NCBI GenBank assembly: GCA_965285935.1
Contig: OZ260663.1
Coordinates: 34,224,001-34,288,000 of the forward strand
Direction: 5' to 3'
Origin: Ophelia neglecta
Taxonomy: Eukaryota
DNA length: 64,000 nt
The number at the start of each line of letters is the position of its first letter. Positions within the stretch are counted from its first letter, which is position 1. Under the pieces are notes generated by a model. It made no database searches. It saw nothing but the letters and a program-made list of their open reading frames with translations, and had not been told where the DNA came from. The position numbers and the translations under genes were made by a program. Shown here one piece after another: positions 63,098 to 64,000 of the stretch.

Positions 63098-64000
63098 ATG
63101 GATTTTTTCAGATTATGCGGAGTGTTCTCCGTGATTGGTTTTCTCTCTTTGATAGGTGCGTACTATATAGCATGCATTGAACTGAGACCATAGAGTATTT
63201 TTGTTGATTTATCTGTTGTTGACATAGCATATGCCACGAATTATCAATTGATTCCATGCCTGTAGTTTTGTAAACGATTCTACTTATGGGTGATATATTA
63301 ACATCTAATTACACTGTGCCACAACTTCATAAAGGAATGTTTCGTTCGCTAGCATAAATATTACCTGCGGATATTTAAAGACCGTAGACCTATGGCTTAC
63401 TGTATTCACATATATGGTATACAAGCATTTGTAACTTGTTTATAATTGTTTTTTGCTTCCACTTTCCTCATCCAGAAACGACGCCAAGTATTACGCATGC
63501 TCTCGAAGATGTTCACCATGACGTCAGTGATCGGTTTGCACTATGTTCGTTGCTAGGGGGAAAGTGCATTGATCTGATTACATCCGAATGTCCGTCTGAA
63601 AACTCAGTAGATACGTATGGTCGGATTAAACGAAAAAGCTTTGATTGCAACAACACGCAGTTATGTTGCTTTAATAACACCGAATCCCACTCCTATGGCA
63701 GCCACTCTACTCAAGTAAATGGTAATTTCTTTGAACACAATCATTTGTTGAGAACAGAGGAGGGCCGAACTCAGTTATGTGGGTTGATAAACGGAACATG
63801 TGTGGGGCCTAACGACTGCGCAGCATTACAAGGCATACCCGGCTATAAACTCAGACAGAACACGTTTGATTGTAACCTGACCTCGCTTTGTTGTTTCCCA
63901 TCGTTGCATGAGCATAGTTTTCATGGTGACTTCGGAGATGGGTACCGCGGAATTCAGAGACACGGTGCTTACGGTCGCAGACGTGTCGGTAGATATAGCT
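63098..64000 (+). CDS. Secreted protein with two tandem six-cysteine beta-defensin/clip-like modules (3' end outside window)
   Basis: Signal-peptide exon 63098-63155 (MDFFRLCGVFSVIGFLSLI, phase-1 GT donor) joins a pyrimidine-rich AG acceptor at 63476. The exon stays open to the window end and contains C-x6-C-x7-C-x18-C-x5-CC (63544-63669) and C-x6-C-x5-C-x17-C-x5-CC (63778-63894). Confidence 0.75.

Overview
AT-rich, intron-rich animal genomic DNA; gene content and repeats suggest a marine invertebrate, possibly an echinoderm (inference). Host genes: two convergent 8-exon melatonin-receptor-like class A GPCR paralogues (2554-9417 +, 46570-54264 -), two tandem 12-exon isovaleryl-CoA dehydrogenase (IVD) paralogues (31809-36683, 37910-43292, both +), an orphan type I membrane protein with a 14-tyrosine tail (56602-60290 -), and a secreted protein with two beta-defensin/clip-like six-cysteine modules (63098 to past the window end, +; absent from the ORF track). 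A transposon nest lies between the first GPCR and the first IVD. It holds (i) a decayed, intron-containing P-element-like DDE transposase gene whose reading frame continues into a chromodomain and a USP-like cysteine protease, followed by possible SET-domain remnants, and (ii) a deleted Bel/Pao LTR retrotransposon (TSD AGGTC) containing an intact Mag-like Gypsy element (identical 198-bp LTRs, TSD ATTGG, tRNA-Ser PBS). LINE, SINE and MITE fragments and minisatellites are scattered through the window. All exon models and domain calls were made by eye, with no database searches.
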